Assembly (NCBI RefSeq): GCF_963921235.1
Contig: NC_086101.1
Location: 27,094,001-27,158,000 of the forward strand
Source: Mobula hypostoma
Lineage: Eukaryota
Direction: 5' to 3'
Length of the DNA: 64,000 nt
Shown here one piece after another: positions 47,699 to 61,630 of this stretch (its first letter is position 1; the number at the start of each line of letters is the position of its first letter). Under the pieces are notes generated by a model. That model did no database searches, was not told where the DNA came from, and worked only from the letters and a program-made list of their open reading frames with translations. A program made the translations under genes and the position numbers.

Positions 47699-50600
47699 AG
47701 CTGAACTGCAGGAAGCCATGTACTGTCAGCGGTGTAATTATACTGAGCAGCAAGGGTTTCCACAGTAGTGTTACATGGAAGGGCAGATTCTCTCGAATGA
47801 ACTTCCCCGTGACCTTGGTCTGAAAGGGCCGGGAGAAAAGAATGCCTCATGAACTAAGGAAAGGGAATAAATAGGGAATTTTACAGTCAGGACATCCCAG
47901 AGCATCTCATACCTATTAGAACGTTATAACACTGGAAACACCAGGCAGACTGAATTCGGAAACTCCCACAATTAGGTAATGGCAAGAAAACACTTAAGCA
48001 ATATTGGATTAATGACTTTAAAAAAATTATATATAAACAAGGCAATTCTGTTTTACTTTCAATTCAGCACCTTGGAATTCTTGGCATCTGCCTTTTGGCA
48101 GGCTCCCAATTAAACATGTTAATCAAAAACTCAACTGTAAAGCTCGACCTTAGTCTCCCACTGGGGATGCTGCAGCCAGAAAAATCAAACCCTTCACAAG
48201 GGAGAAACTTAAAAACAGAACGTGCTTAAAAATTCTAAAGAGAAATGAAGTACAGTTCACTTGTAGCCAATACTCAATTTAGGATTGATTAAAACACCAG
48301 TCTAATATCACCAGGTGGTGAAATGAATGTACAGACAGGGCATTGGCTTGTTAGTATTCAAAGCAGAGAATGTATCGTCCAAAACTTGCTGCATCTTTCA
48401 ATGATGTGCAAAGGGGAAACAAAGGGAACCATTTTTCCAAAGTAATGAAAGGAAAACTTTCTTCCATTTGACCTTGTCTGAACCCACCCACCTCATTGCT
48501 CAAATCCTCAAGTCTTTTCTATGCTCTTCTACGCAGCCTCCCACCTACCACCTGACAAACCAGCCTTCGCCAATAGGTTGACTCCAAATCCCATTAGAAA
48601 TTGTTTCCAGGCTATACCAGCTTCAGTTGATACAGAAGCTTGACATCATGCATAAACTTCAATCTCCTCTGTGAAGCATCCACATCTCTCTAGAGCAGGA
48701 GTTCCCAAACTTCTTTTTTAATGCCATATACCAATGCCATTAAACAAGGGGTCTGTAGACCCCAGGATGGGAACCCCTGCTGTATAGGTATTCTAGACCA
48801 TTACACTTCAAACCTGTGTAACGCTCAGCTATATTGGCTCGTATATGTTTGGGGGAAATCCTGCCCAGCACCTGCCAGAACGCTTCCCACTGCTGCCCGA
48901 ATCAATCCCAAACATCAATCATCAGCTAGCACACACAGTACGTTTTACCAAGTACACTTTATAGATATTGCTAAGTCTATGAAATTAATATAAATTCGAT
49001 ACAGAAAAGTAATGAAAAAAAAGGCGCCAGACTTATCAAAGTCCAGGTTCTTCGCGCACAACCGTTGGAGCTCAGGAATTCCTGACGCCCACCTGGATCC
49101 TGTCGACTCACGGCTCAGGACCACCTGAAGTGATCGACTGGAGCCTTTCCGCACGTCCGCCGTCCTCCCCGTCTCTCCTCCGACTCCCCGTCAAAACCCC
49201 GTCCACAGTCATATGAGACAGCATTATCATCCCCAAAAAAAATCAATACATGAACACCCATTGGCTAATAACACCCTGCTATCTGTATTAACCCAAGCAA
49301 ATGTCCAGCTAGAGACTTTCTCAGCATTTAACATAACAAAGAAGCCATTTTAATCCACATACGCAGCAATTAAAAGATTAACATAACAAAGAATCCATTT
49401 AAAATTTAACATACAAAAATAAAAGACACCGTACACCTGTATCAGGTGCAAGGATTTGCCATCTATGGGAGCCTGCTCTGCATGAGCTGGGTTTCCAACA
49501 TCAGCTATACAGAAGAGGCATACCATGGATAGCCAGAGGCTTTTACACCCCAGGGTGGAAATGGCTAACCCAAGAGGTCACAATTGTAGGGTGACTGGAG
49601 GAAAGTATAGCGAGGGATGTCAGAGGTCTTTACACAGAGTGGTGGGTGCATGGAATGCCCTGTCAGGGGTGGTGGTAGAAGCACTGGGGAATTTAAGAAA
49701 CTTTTAGATAAGTACACTGATGATAGAAAAAGTTAGGGCTATGTAGGAGAAGGGGTTAGAGTGATCATGGAATGGGTTAAAAGTTCAGTTTATTGTGGGC
49801 CAAAGGGCTGGCCTGCACTGTGCAGTGATGTTCAATGCTCTGTACTTCACAGATCACAGAGCACCACAGGATGTTGGGGTGGGAAGTACTATGTTAAAAA
49901 CAATTAACCAGGACCGGAATTTGAGGACAATTGACTAAGGAACAATCCAACTATTAAATTCTCCTTTGCAGAACCCATGCATGCAAGGAAGCTTTCAAGA
50001 TCAACCAATGAGCATTTCAGTAGGAGGTTGCCTCAGAACCAGAACTGTGAAAGTCTGAGGCTCAAGCAAGATCCCAGGACACCATTCTGATGATGTTCTC
50101 TCACTGTGTTGCCCCACATCTCAATTGCCAAATACAGAACAGGGCTTATGGTCTCATTTTCACACAGGATAGCATTGTCCGCAAATTGCCTCCCAAATTT
50201 CCTACAACAGAACTTCAAAAGTTTGGACTGTAAGGAGCTTCACAGAGAGGAAGTTGGTCAATAGAAAAAGATAAAGTTCCCCTTTATCCAGTTACATATT
50301 TTCCAGTTACAGAGTGGTAAGTGAGCTGGAAGAATCTAACCTGCCTCCTAAATATAAGCAAGCTGTCCACACCATTCAGACTAACTGAGTGTAGAGTCAA
50401 GTAGTTGACTGACTAAATAAAAAGAACACTAGAAGTAAAAGATGCTTTAGTTTCACTGCTAACCAGATTCATTCCAGGGATAGCAAGACCAACACTCCAG
50501 AGACAAGGTTGATTGGACTTGCATCCACCAGAACCTGGAAGAATTAGAGGGATCTCAGACATCCAGTGCTTGTCTAAAAGCAGGAAGTTTTTTTCCTGAT

Positions 50601-52968
50601 ATGTGAGTGGAAGAGGCAGAAGAGATCCAGGACTAGAGAGTCACCCAGTCCAAGTCTACAGTACTGCAAGATTTATTTTTAAATCCAGAAACGTGAATTT
50701 ATTTTTTAATTGTCAAAATTGAATATTCAATGTGGCGTGGCAAAGCAGACTCAGTAATTTTGCTTCCAACCAGACGAACCCTCAACCTGGGGATATGCAA
50801 TCACAAAACACTTCAAGCCAAATGTTGTCAGCACTTCAGTTTTTAAAAATAACAATCATGCAAGTTCAGGACCTGCCATCCAGCACCTCAAGCCTGCTTT
50901 ACTATTCAGAGCAATAGCTAATATTCACCTCACTACTATTTTCCTGCAGTGAGTCCTTGATTTTCTATTAGTCTCTTGAACGAACTCAGCAAAATGCAAC
51001 AGTTCATTAATCTTGCATGAAGTTCCTTCTCAGCCTTAATATGCTACTAATATATACACTGTTCCTCTGGTCCTAGGCTCCAGTCACAGGGGAAGCACCC
51101 AACCAGCTTCAAAAAAACTATTCAATTCATCCTCCCTTATAACCCTGCAAGTTTATACTGATTCAGCTGACTTCCTTGCAAGGTTGATCATGATTTCTCG
51201 ACAAAATTTGTATCTTGCCTTTCTCCAAAGGTTTCTTCCTGGCCTTGGAATGACAACAAATCCTGAATAAAGCAGGACCACAATCGAGAACTTGAACGTT
51301 TACATCAGTCGAGATTCATACCTGGCCGCACCGTGCAGGTGATTTGATTTTTGGGCTCCACATCTTCATCATTGGGGTTCAGCACCTTTAAGCCTAGGAG
51401 TGACCATATAAAAAGAAACAAGGTTTAAAATGGATTATCACATTTCTAGCCATGGACAAGGACTTCTGTTTTGCCCAAACGATACAACCTTGGCCTTGTG
51501 GTCATTTGAGCCAAGTCCTGCACCTCTACAGAACTAGTTTCAGACTGTGCTCTTTAAGTTCACCCATCTGGACTCTGCAAAAGTGAGAGGCATCTGTTGG
51601 CTGAGGAGAGAATTTCCATTCCTGCTGACTGCCAGGAACAAAAGACTACAAAGCAATTAGCAAGATCAATGAATGTTTGAGTCATGCAGTTCTGTGTACC
51701 TCATTTAGTAAAGCTCAACAGGATTAAAAACTGGATTAATACTTCCTTCAGACAAGGAAAAATATGCACAGGCTATCCATTCACATGCTCTAACGTCCAC
51801 CTCTCAAGAAACAAAACATTTAAAAATTGAGGACTGGATTAACTGATGACAGAATTAGTGGGACTAGGAGCAGTGAATACAGGTAGGAGAGAGAAAATGA
51901 TTAGGATCAATTCATCAGAAGTCAATGAATTTCACAGAGAAAGACTTTCTGCAAATTCCTACTTTCCAGCTCTTTCTAGACAGTGTGCAGCACTCATCTT
52001 AGTGTTTAAATATAAGCCACCAAGCTGTTCACAAACAGATCAGATCTACAATTGTGTGTTAAAAATCTTGCCAGATATATTAAGATCTCTTCATCACCCT
52101 CCAACACGGTTCTTGTTATCGCCAAGAGAAAAAGGTCCTTTCCGGGACTCATTTTCATCTTCATTTAGATCCTATTTGAATCAGGGTGGAGTGGAGATGC
52201 ATCTGTACCAAAATAGGTGCAAGGCAAGGTGTAGCATCTGCTCAGTTCCCTCCCCACTGATCTTGGTCAGATGGAGCCATGGAAGCAGCTGGTACACATC
52301 ACAAATCCTGGTGATGTGATCACTGACGCCAGGTAGATAATCTCTGAAGAGTATTGATAATGGCTGGGGTCATCTGTTTTGTAGACACTGCCCAGAAGGC
52401 AGCAATGGCAAACCACTTATGTAGAAAATTTGCCAAGAACTATCATTGACAAAGGGCCACAATCACCCATATCATACGACACAGCACATAATAATGCTGA
52501 TGATTCTAATCTAGCTGGTTGTCACTTTACAGCAACCTTGTACATCTTGGCGTATCTAATGAAGGGGAAAAGGCAATAATAGCCCAATTTATACTTTCTG
52601 AAATTTGGAAAACTAATGCTTACTTTATAGTTTTTTTAAATTAGTTACCAATATTCACCAGCCCTGTTAATATTGAAATAGTTTATTCTGCATACTAGCT
52701 TTCCCCAAGCACAATTTGGAAAGAGAAATTCATCAGGGCATTACAGATATTTGCTATTTCTATGAGTATCGTTGGGTTGACGTTTCATGTAGACTGAATC
52801 CGGCACACTTCCACCCCTCTCCCTCATTGATCTTGTGTGTCAAGTGGTGGATAATGGGTTGGCCATCTGTACTGCACAACTGTCCTTCCCACTTCCTACT
52901 GATTCTTGTGCTGAACCTGCTCCTCATTAACTCTACTGGAAATGCTATAAAATCCGGTCAGGCAGCAC
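47699..52968 (-). CDS. Unidentified multi-exon coding-like array nested in the PDXP intron (candidate exons 52968-52917, 52171-52098, 51628-51564, 51393-51322, 51262-51172, 50201-50105, 47819-47699)
   Basis: Each block has an AG acceptor (mostly pyrimidine-rich) and a GT donor. Phases chain 2-0-2-1-1-2-0-1 with no stop over about 190 aa. No family was recognised, sites were chosen by hand, and one intron is only 59 nt. Confidence 0.45.
48696..48779. mobile_element. hAT-Charlie-like MITE
   Basis: TIRs caggagttcccaa / atgggaacccctg; imperfect 8-bp TSD ctctagag / ctgtatag. Confidence 0.7.
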
Positions 52969-53134
52969 CTGGGAAAAGAAAGCGATTTATGGTAAAGAAA
53001 AATGCTGCCAAATATTTATAGCAAATTTTCTTATTTTAAATTTCCCATACCAGCCATCACTACCCAAGTGAAAAAGAAACTACTTGGCCAGGTTCAATAG
53101 CCAGGAATCAGGTATGTTTGCACTCCTGGAACTT

Positions 53135-53760
53135 GCTGCCTAGACCCTGTGGGGTGGCCAAGTGAGTGGTAGCATCTTCTGGGTTATCAAGGGGGCGCCC
53201 TCTTTCCTCAGTGTTTCGCTGATAGGCCCACGACACCTCCGGAGGGTTCAGCAGTGAATCCCGGCGTCCCGGGCTCACCCCCTAGATGCCTTTCACTCAC
53301 TTGGGGGCCAAGGTAGAATCCTTTCTCTTCATCCAGAGCCACTGACTACCCTTTTCAGCAGCTCTGGAGAGGTCATTGACTGCTTGTCGGTGTGTCCTAC
53401 CTCACACTCCCAACTCCCGGAGTAGCCTTGATGTTGATGTGGCTACAAATCCTCTGCATTTACTTCGACCGGTCGGACCCTTGCTTTCCAGCCACGTTGT
53501 TGCGCATTGGTTGCAAGCTCAGTGTACCGCAGCTTGTTGCGCTCGTAGGCCTAAATGCAGACATAGAAGACCACCTCACGGAGGCATCTCAGTCAGCACA
53601 GATGGACTGCGCTGAAGGACAGATTTCCACACTGTCCATCTCTGGACACTCAAGTTTGACACTACACAGGAAGACAACTTGACTATCCGCCTAAACATGC
53701 TCCGACATCTGAAGGCAACTGGGTTATTTTGCCTACGTGCGGTATGAGCAGCAATGCAAA
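53135..53760 (-). mobile_element. HERO/R2-like (restriction-like endonuclease) non-LTR retrotransposon 3' fragment
   Basis: PVEV-(frameshift)-CRGFVATSTSRLLRELGV*GRTHRQAVNDLSRAAEKGSQWLWMKRKDS. Confidence 0.65.
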
Positions 53761-56700
53761 TTGTGGTGTCAGGAAAAATTGATTCTTCTAATTAATTTAT
53801 AATAGAAGATGCATTTTTTTTTGTGAGCAATCTGTTCAGCTTGAACAGGGACAGAGCAAGACTGATAGCAGAAACTTGTAAATGAAACATCAGTTAACCC
53901 AAGTTTAGCACGAAGTGACCAAAACTTCTGCAGAAGTGCGTGTGAAACAAGTATTCCACAGGGCAAGCAACACTGTCGGCAAGAGAAGAGGAGGAAATAA
54001 GGTTAAATTTAATATTGATAACAAAAGTTTGTTAGCAAGAGGCAGTAAAAATAACCACCTATGATTCATCAAATATCTTTTATCTTCAAATACTAAAATA
54101 GTACTTCTGAAGTGTAGTTCAATTAAATTATAACAGAAGACAGCAAAACAAGGACAGCCAAATAACCCTGCATTTAGCAATCTCTGGATGTAAAAAAAAA
54201 TGATGCACAAGAAGATAATCAAATAGGCTTCCTGTACTGTGCAAAAGTCTAGGCACAATTGTACACATAAGGCGCCCAGATTTTGCACAGTACTGTAGTA
54301 ATTTTATGTACTGCTGCAAAAAAAAACAGATTTCAAGACAAATGTAACTGATGATAAACCTAAGTCAGATACGTGTCCGTATTATAGACTGAGGTTGGGA
54401 AAGGGGCAAGGAGAGAGGTATCATGGTTGGGAAAGGTGGGGGGACGGGGTGAAGAGAGACATTCTGTAATGATCAATAAACCAATTGTTTGGAATCAAGT
54501 AACCTCATCTGGTGATTCAGGGATGGGTGCATCTGCCACCAACCCTCTGCCCCACCCAGCACTCTGTCTCTGCCATCGATCCTAATCTTAGTATACTCTC
54601 CCCCTGCAGCGCTCCACCCTCACCATTGCCAACATCCTTTGCTCCTGCCAGATTTACCAACTTGCACTCCACATTGGTAAATATAGTACTGTGCAAAAAT
54701 CCTATGCACCCTAGCTGTATACATGCACAGTACTGTACATCTACTATAGAATGGAGGGGACTTTGAACAAAGGCAAGTTTATTATCACTTGATACATGCT
54801 ATAAAATTTGTTCTGTGGCAGCAGCCCAGTACAAGACAAAAAAAAAACTACAAGTTACAATTAAAAAAATGCAAAAGAGGAATACTGAGGGAATGTTCAC
54901 GGACCATTCAGAATTCTGATAGCAGAGGGAAGAAGTTGTTGAATGTTGATCTGCAGGCTTCTCTACTTCCTCCCTGATGGTAGTAGTGAGAAGAGGACAC
55001 ATCCCAGATGGAAATGCAAACCTAACAGAAACACCATGCATGTAGTCAGTCTAGCCCTGATAATTGAGGGGGCACTGTTATAGGGCAGGAAATTGCACAA
55101 AAATAAATTACTTTTAAGTAGTATAGAATGTGCTACCATAGAAGGCAATGAAGTCAAAGCCATAAATGTGCTCAGGTGGCAGATACATTGCTTAATTCTA
55201 GAGAGATCAAGAGGAACGTGGAGAAGGTGGGAATAAAGTCCAGACTTAAGGGCACAATAAATTCAAACTATGCCAGACAAATGATGGATCAGGCTCAAAG
55301 GCTTCCATTACCTGGTTTTATAGCAGAGATAAGCATCAGCCAAGTCAGAGAAGGGGACTGACAAAGGGTTTATTACCCAAAACATTAACGTTCTACAAAA
55401 GCTGCCTGACTCGCCAGTTCCAGCATGTTCTATTTCAGGTTTCCAGTATCTGCAGTTTGATTTTCAGGGAATTCTTCCCTGCTTTATAATATTACCTTCC
55501 TTCCATAAAGCTGAATACATCTTTTACACAAGGAATTAGTGTGTATAATTCCAATTTATTATATTAAAGCACTGCACTGGATTGATATCAGAAGTTTTAT
55601 ACTAAGATTAGGACAGGTGACCAGCTCGGTTAGGCTTGAAACATTAAGGCAGCAAATCCGTGGTTACAAAAGGGCATTATCTAAAGATAAGTTCTGACCC
55701 ATTGGCGCAGCTGGTAGAGCAACTACCAAATGGCACCAGAGACCCAGGTTCAATCTCGACCACGGGTGAGCATGTGGGCTTCCTTCAGGCACTTTCTCCC
55801 CCTACCCAAAGACCAACAGCACATGTGTCAATTGGTTGTGGTAACTCACCCTCAGTGCGTTGATGGCTGGACTCACAAGAGAGTTGACATAGGGAATGTA
55901 TTGGTGCAAATAGATGGTTAGTATTAACTCAGCAGGCCAAAGGGCCTGTTTTAACTGTAAGGAGTCTGTATGTCCTCATCGTGAACACGTGGGTTTCCAC
56001 TTGGTGCTCTGGCTTCTTCCCACATTTTAACAATGCACAGATTAGCAAGCTGATTGTTCATATGGGGGTAATAGACTGAAAGGGCTTTCACTGTGCTGCC
56101 TCTCCAAAATAATCAAAAAACTAGCATCCAAGCACAGGATTAGAATACGGGAATGGCAAGGTGGTCACACATACCAAGGTACAGTGAAAAGCTGTTTAAA
56201 CTGCCATCCATAACATATAATCACAGAGCATTGAGGGAGCACAACGCATAGTAGGTGTTACAGAAAAAGTACAGTGAAGGCAGACAATTAGGAACAAGGG
56301 CATCATTAAGTCAAGGTAAAGAGTCATTTTATCATACTAATAAGCCATTCAGTGGCCTTGTAGTAGTCCGAGCCCGGTGAACATAAGCAGGATGTTGGCT
56401 CAGTGAGCCTGCTCCACCATTCAATATGCTCAGGATGGACCTGACTGTGACCTCAGCTCCATTTACCTGCCTTTGCCATAACCCTTCATTCCCCTACTAA
56501 GCAAAAAATCCCGCTGTCTTGAATATATTAAACAAGGTAGCCTCTCCTGCTTCCCTGGACAGAGAATTCCACAGATTCATTACTTTCTGGGAAAAGCAAT
56601 TTCTCCCCATATCCATCCTAAATCTACTCCCCAAATCTTGAGGCTACGTTCCCTACTACTAGTCTCATCTAGCATTTGTATGTGATTACCATATTCAGAA

Positions 56701-58094
56701 TCGGGGAAGTTAGGGGGCAGTAATATCAAATGCAATAACAGACATGCCACAGGAGGTTTACACAATCCAGCAGCGGTTATATTAACCGGAGTAACAGACA
56801 AAATGTTGGAGGAACTCTAAAGGTCAGGCAGCATTTATGGAGAGGAATAGAGTCAATGCTTCTGACTAAGATCCTTCATCAGGCTCGAAACATTGGCTAT
56901 TTCTCTCCACAGACCAGGGGATTCCAAGCGCTTTTTTTTTTTTAAAATGAGGGGGACCCCTACCATTAACTGAGCAGTCCATGGACCCCCGGTTGGGAGC
57001 CCTTGCCACAGATGATGGCTTATTTGCCAAGTTCTTCCAGCAATCTGCACGTTACTCTGGATTTGCAGCATCTGCAGAATTGCATGTTAAGATATTAACA
57101 TGCCAGGTACCTATAATAAACCCAGCAGCATACTGGTGACACATCCTAGATGTTATCTTGTGGCATGGCCTCAAGCAGGCTCCACACAAAGCTCTTTGCC
57201 CCTCCACCTACTGTTAGACCAGCAATATCTGTTGAAGCAAATTCCACATACCCACTCTGCACTGGAGGGTCTTTGAATTTCAGACCCAACTGACAAGAAC
57301 TAGCTAGCCTCACGCCAGCTATACTGCAAGGCTTTGCAATTTGGAAAGAGATTTACTGGGCCACGATACAGTACAAGCTTGTGCTTTGTGTGTCAGGCAG
57401 ATCAGGTCATACACTACTACATCAAAAAGGTAAAAGAGACCAATGCAGAGTATGGTGTTGCAGTTAACTGAGAAAGGGCAGCACAGATAGGCAAGGGTGG
57501 AAAAGAGTTCAATAGTACAAGAGTACACAAGAGCACACGAGGCTGCAGACCTATCCAGCCCCATCATAGGCAGAACCCTTCCCACTATCATGAACATTTC
57601 CAAGAGGCCATGCCACAAGACAACATCCCTCACCAAAGACCCTCACCATCTGGACATGCCCTCTTCACGTTAGCATCATCACAGAGCTACAGTCCCACAC
57701 GCCATTCCACAGCTTCTTTCTCTCCACTACCAGATTTAGGGGTAGTCCATGAACACTACTTATCGTAGCGTTATGTTTTTGCACAGGTCCTGAACAACAC
57801 AGAAAATGTTGGAGGGACTCAGCGGGTCAAGCAGCATCTGCAGAGGGAAAAAGGCAGCCTACATTTCGATAGAATCCTTTCCCTCCTTAGATGATGCCTG
57901 ACCTGCTGAGTTCCACCAGCATTTTTGTGCCTCTTGCTCCACATTTCCAACACCCGCAGAACCGGTCTCACAAGTTTCAACTCACCTAAATAACACATTT
58001 GAGCCTTACGAGGGAAGGGAGATGAGTGGGTGGACTTAAGCCAGTGCAAAGCGGATACGTGAACCCGGAGCCGCAATAAAGGATGTCCGCTCAC

Positions 58095-58695
58095 CTGGGA
58101 CCGCTGTGCCTCCTACCAATGGGTGCCAGGGATCTGGGTCGGTAGCCACAAAGAGACACCGGGGGTCCCGCAGGTAGCTGCATGCCTTGGCCAGCCGCAC
58201 GAAGCTGAAGTGTTCGTCGTAGCCGACCAACACAGCGCCGACCTCGGGGTCCAGGGCACAAATGGACACAGGCAGCTCCTCGGCATCCTGTGGGCCACCC
58301 GTCACCCGCAAACCGGCTGCCTGCAGTTCGCCGCACAGGGTTTCGCTGCCCAGCACATAGACCTTGCGGCGGAGGCGAGCGATGTCGCGCAGATAGAGGG
58401 CCGAGCAGTAGCCGGTGACGTAGACTTGCTCGGGCTCAGCCGCTAAACCCAGAGTCCCGAGCTTGGCCACTACCGCGTCCCGGGGGCGGCTGCAGTTGTT
58501 GCTGACGAAGTAGACGCGCTTGCCCCGAGCCTTCAGCCCAAGCAGCACCTCGGCCGCCCCGCGAATCGCCCGCGGCCCGTTCCACAGCACGCCGTCGCAG
58601 TCCAACAGGAAGGTGTCCACGGCCGCAACCAGCTCCCGGCCACAAGACCCGATGCTCAACTGCCGGCAGCAAAAACCACCCGGCAAGGCGGCCAT
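58095..58695 (-). CDS. PDXP: Pyridoxal phosphatase (chronophin) exon 1
   Basis: LLDCDGVLWNG (motif I) and VSNN (motif II). VGYDEHFSF and ATDPDPWHPL match PDXP rather than PGP. CAG|gtgagc phase-1 donor. Confidence 0.93.
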
Positions 58696-58699
58696 TCCT

Positions 58700-58900
58700 G
58701 AATTATCCAGCTCTCAGACCAACCTCTTACCCACCAACACCAATCAGATCCGACGCCCGCTCAACCTGCTTCGCCGGTTGGGGTTTTAGAAGCAAAGAGG
58801 CGGGATTACGATTCTGTGAGCCAATCGTTTATTCCAAGAGGGTGACAGGCTGTTTAACCAATGGGAATCGAAATTCCAGACAACTGCGCCTTTCGCTCAG
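58700..58900 (-). promoter_or_regulatory. PDXP: PDXP promoter region
   Basis: CpG-rich, with CCAAT boxes near 58820 and 58858. Confidence 0.55.
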
Positions 58901-58971
58901 ATTCCAGATCAGAGAGCGCTAAAACTCACATGGCCAACGCAAAGTTGGGGAAAAGTGGACAAACAACACAG

Positions 58972-59470
58972 TCTGAGTACCCTCATCCCACAACCTCCAA
59001 AATCCGATATTTTTACGCGCTGACATGACGTCACAAAAGGCACGGCATTTTTTAAAGCGTCTGCTGATCGCGAAAATCTAATACCAGAAGTTTATAATGC
59101 CGATTGTTATTATACCCTACACAAAACCTTTAAAAGTAAAATACAAATGTAGTGTGCTGTAACCTATTATCAAAACACGGCATTGTAGGTGGAGACTGAA
59201 AGCCTGTCGTTGATTGTTGATGTTCAACAGATAATTCAGGAATTCTGATGCGGCCGTGCTGCAGTCGTTACCCTGTACTGTTCGTATTTTTATTATACTA
59301 TTTCTAGTTTTTTTTTACTGCTACGTACATATGTGTGATGAATAAGTGCAAGTCAAGGACTACTTCAGAGACAGAATGATGGCAATCCCAATCCATATAT
59401 ATTCCAAAATCCGAATAAGTCCAAAATCCAAAATACTTCCGGCTCCAAGCATTTCGGATAAGGGGAATTA
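58972..59470. mobile_element. Tigger-derived non-autonomous element (MER46-like termini)
   Basis: gagtaccctcatcc at the left end and ccaagcatttcggataaggg at the right end. Confidence 0.55.
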
Positions 59471-59759
59471 TGCAGCAACGATATTGGTCAGTTGGGGTAC
59501 ACAGAGCGTAGGGATGGACCATTAAGAACATGGTCTCCTCTCATGGTCTGTGACTGACAATTTCTCAAAGTTAGGTGCAGAACGGAGCAGAATGCTACTG
59601 GTACAAGGATTCCAGGTAGATGAGAAACTGGGAGTCGGGATGGGGGAGCTGGCACCGTTGTTGTCTGTCCATTTTTGCCAAACTGCAGTTTTCATGATGT
59701 CAAGTTCAAATACATTGTCAAATGTATGTATTCCCCAGGTATAAATGTAATGAAACTTA

Positions 59760-59990
59760 TAAGCACAAGGGATCCTGCAGATGCTGGAAGTCTGGAGGGT
59801 TTTGTTCCTCCAACCCGAGTGTGACCTCATCGTGGCAGTAGACCAACATGTCAGGATGGGACTGAGAAGTTGATTTGAAATTGGTGGCCTCCAGGAAACA
59901 CTGGCTTCTGTGGTGGATAGGAAAAAAAAGGTGTTCAATAAAGCAGTCGCCCATTCTATGAGGGGTCTCATATGTGTGCATTTGATGACA
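59760..59990 (-). mobile_element. Decayed Penelope GIY-YIG 3' fragment
   Basis: RMGDCFIEH...STSQSHPD...LGLEEQ, resembling the C-terminus of the 10639-12348 ORF. Confidence 0.6.
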
Positions 59991-60839
59991 TTACAGTCTC
60001 TTTGTGAGGAGGCCGCAACTAAATACCCCAGTGCTGCCCACAGTGCCTGACTCTCTCACTTGTGCCCTTGGGTGCTGGCCTGGAGTAGAGGGTTCGGAGT
60101 ACTGGTCAATGCCTGACCCCACAGACATCCAGTGGAGTAAGAAATTCTATGTGCTTCAAGTACAGTAGTCCAATCACCATTTCAATAAGTGAGGACACCC
60201 GCCCTTTGACAGGTCTTGTTTTTCATCCTGCAGGGTGTCCAGCCACCTTCCTCATCAGGCAAGCCTGGTGGGGGAGCCAGTTTAGTCGCTGACCACCCCA
60301 CCATGTGACAGTTAGTACCGGGTTACATGGTACTCAGGAGAGTGACCTGACCAGTACGGCGGATGAACCCTCTCGTAGGGTCAACGGCCATCTAGCAAAC
60401 ATGTGCCTTGAAGCGTGGAAAGGGCATCCCTTGCATCAAAGCTTGGTCTGGCCATTTACTACAACAGAACTTCCCACAGTCGTCTTGGACCCCACCATGC
60501 CGCTGGATCTGGGAGGGGATGTCGAGAGGGTGGGTCTGGACCTGTGTAACCCCCTACTCACTTAAAATCCATTCATGCACACGCTGTTCCTTTCTGAGTG
60601 AAAGGAACCATCGTCATCCTATGGAATGGATAGCCAGAGAATTGAGGACACTATCACAGGCACCCCTTGTGATTGCCATTCCTCTCTGATTTTTTTTTCT
60701 CTTTCATATACCTATCATATGTTTCAAATATATTAATATATATTCATATATTTTACTGTCTGATCAATGGACCAAACTACACCATATCAGATAGGACATT
60801 TGATATAACACCGAAGACTCAAGCAAGTTTCTATAGATG

Positions 60840-61630
60840 TGTAATGTCCTGGTTCAGATTTTTACTGTTATGCTGTAGGTATTTCATTTTAGCAGTACTG
60901 TAAGAATAATCTGTTCTGCTTTCAGCCTGTTTGGGTTTGAGCTGAGATAAGAGGCTTTGTTGTTCAACTTAGGAATGTGGTGTCAGCCAATCAGGATAGT
61001 GGAATTCGGAGAAGGTTCTAGAGAATACTGGGCAGAGAGTTTTTGTGTGGGTCGAGATCTTTATGGCGGGAGCTGGGAGAAGACAGGAGGGAAGATGGCT
61101 GAGGATGCCACTCCAGTTTCACATTGTGCAGATGAATGGCTTCAAGGAGGGTCAATACTCCCATGGGAGAGCCCGTTTGTTCGAGTGACATTCGGAAGGT
61201 GGCGTGTGCTTTCCCGCAGATCGAGGATACCATGTCTGAGTTAAAGACAACTTCAGGAGGAGCTCCAACTTATACGCATATTTGACTGTTTAATTATGGT
61301 GAGCCCTTTTGTTTTTTCTTCTTCTTTATTTTCTTTAATTTTTATTTGGTTAGGTTAACATTCTTAAATATACTTGCTTTATAAGTGTACGGTCTGTTAT
61401 TTCTTGCTGACAGGAGATTGCACGGGAGCAGTAAGTTACACAGCATTCACACAAATCAGGGTTCGGGAGGGTGAGACATCCCAACTTCACGGGTTTGGTG
61501 GGACCCAGTCACATTTACTCTGGACGTACGGAGTCTGAGGAAGGTGCTTTTCTCCCAGCTGAGTCCAGTGGCTGTTAGCAAGGGGCTATTGAGCCGAATC
61601 TCTAGAGATGCCCAGTAAAAGGGGTTTTCA
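60840..61630. mobile_element. Solo LTR (TG...CA, 791 bp) with a 4-bp TSD
   Basis: gatg|tgtaatg...ggttttca|gatg. It splits a LINE remnant that reads through as ctatagatgtatggtggag. Confidence 0.75.

Noticed and set aside
51846-52319. 157-aa plus-strand ORF
   Set aside because: No recognisable domain, its 3' third is an RTE-type repeat, and local splice signals favour the minus strand.
56690-56801. Leader-like peptide (CLLLHLILLPP) ending at G|gtaatc as first exon of the nested gene
   Set aside because: No in-frame ATG and no convincing acceptor; the upstream part is a repeat.
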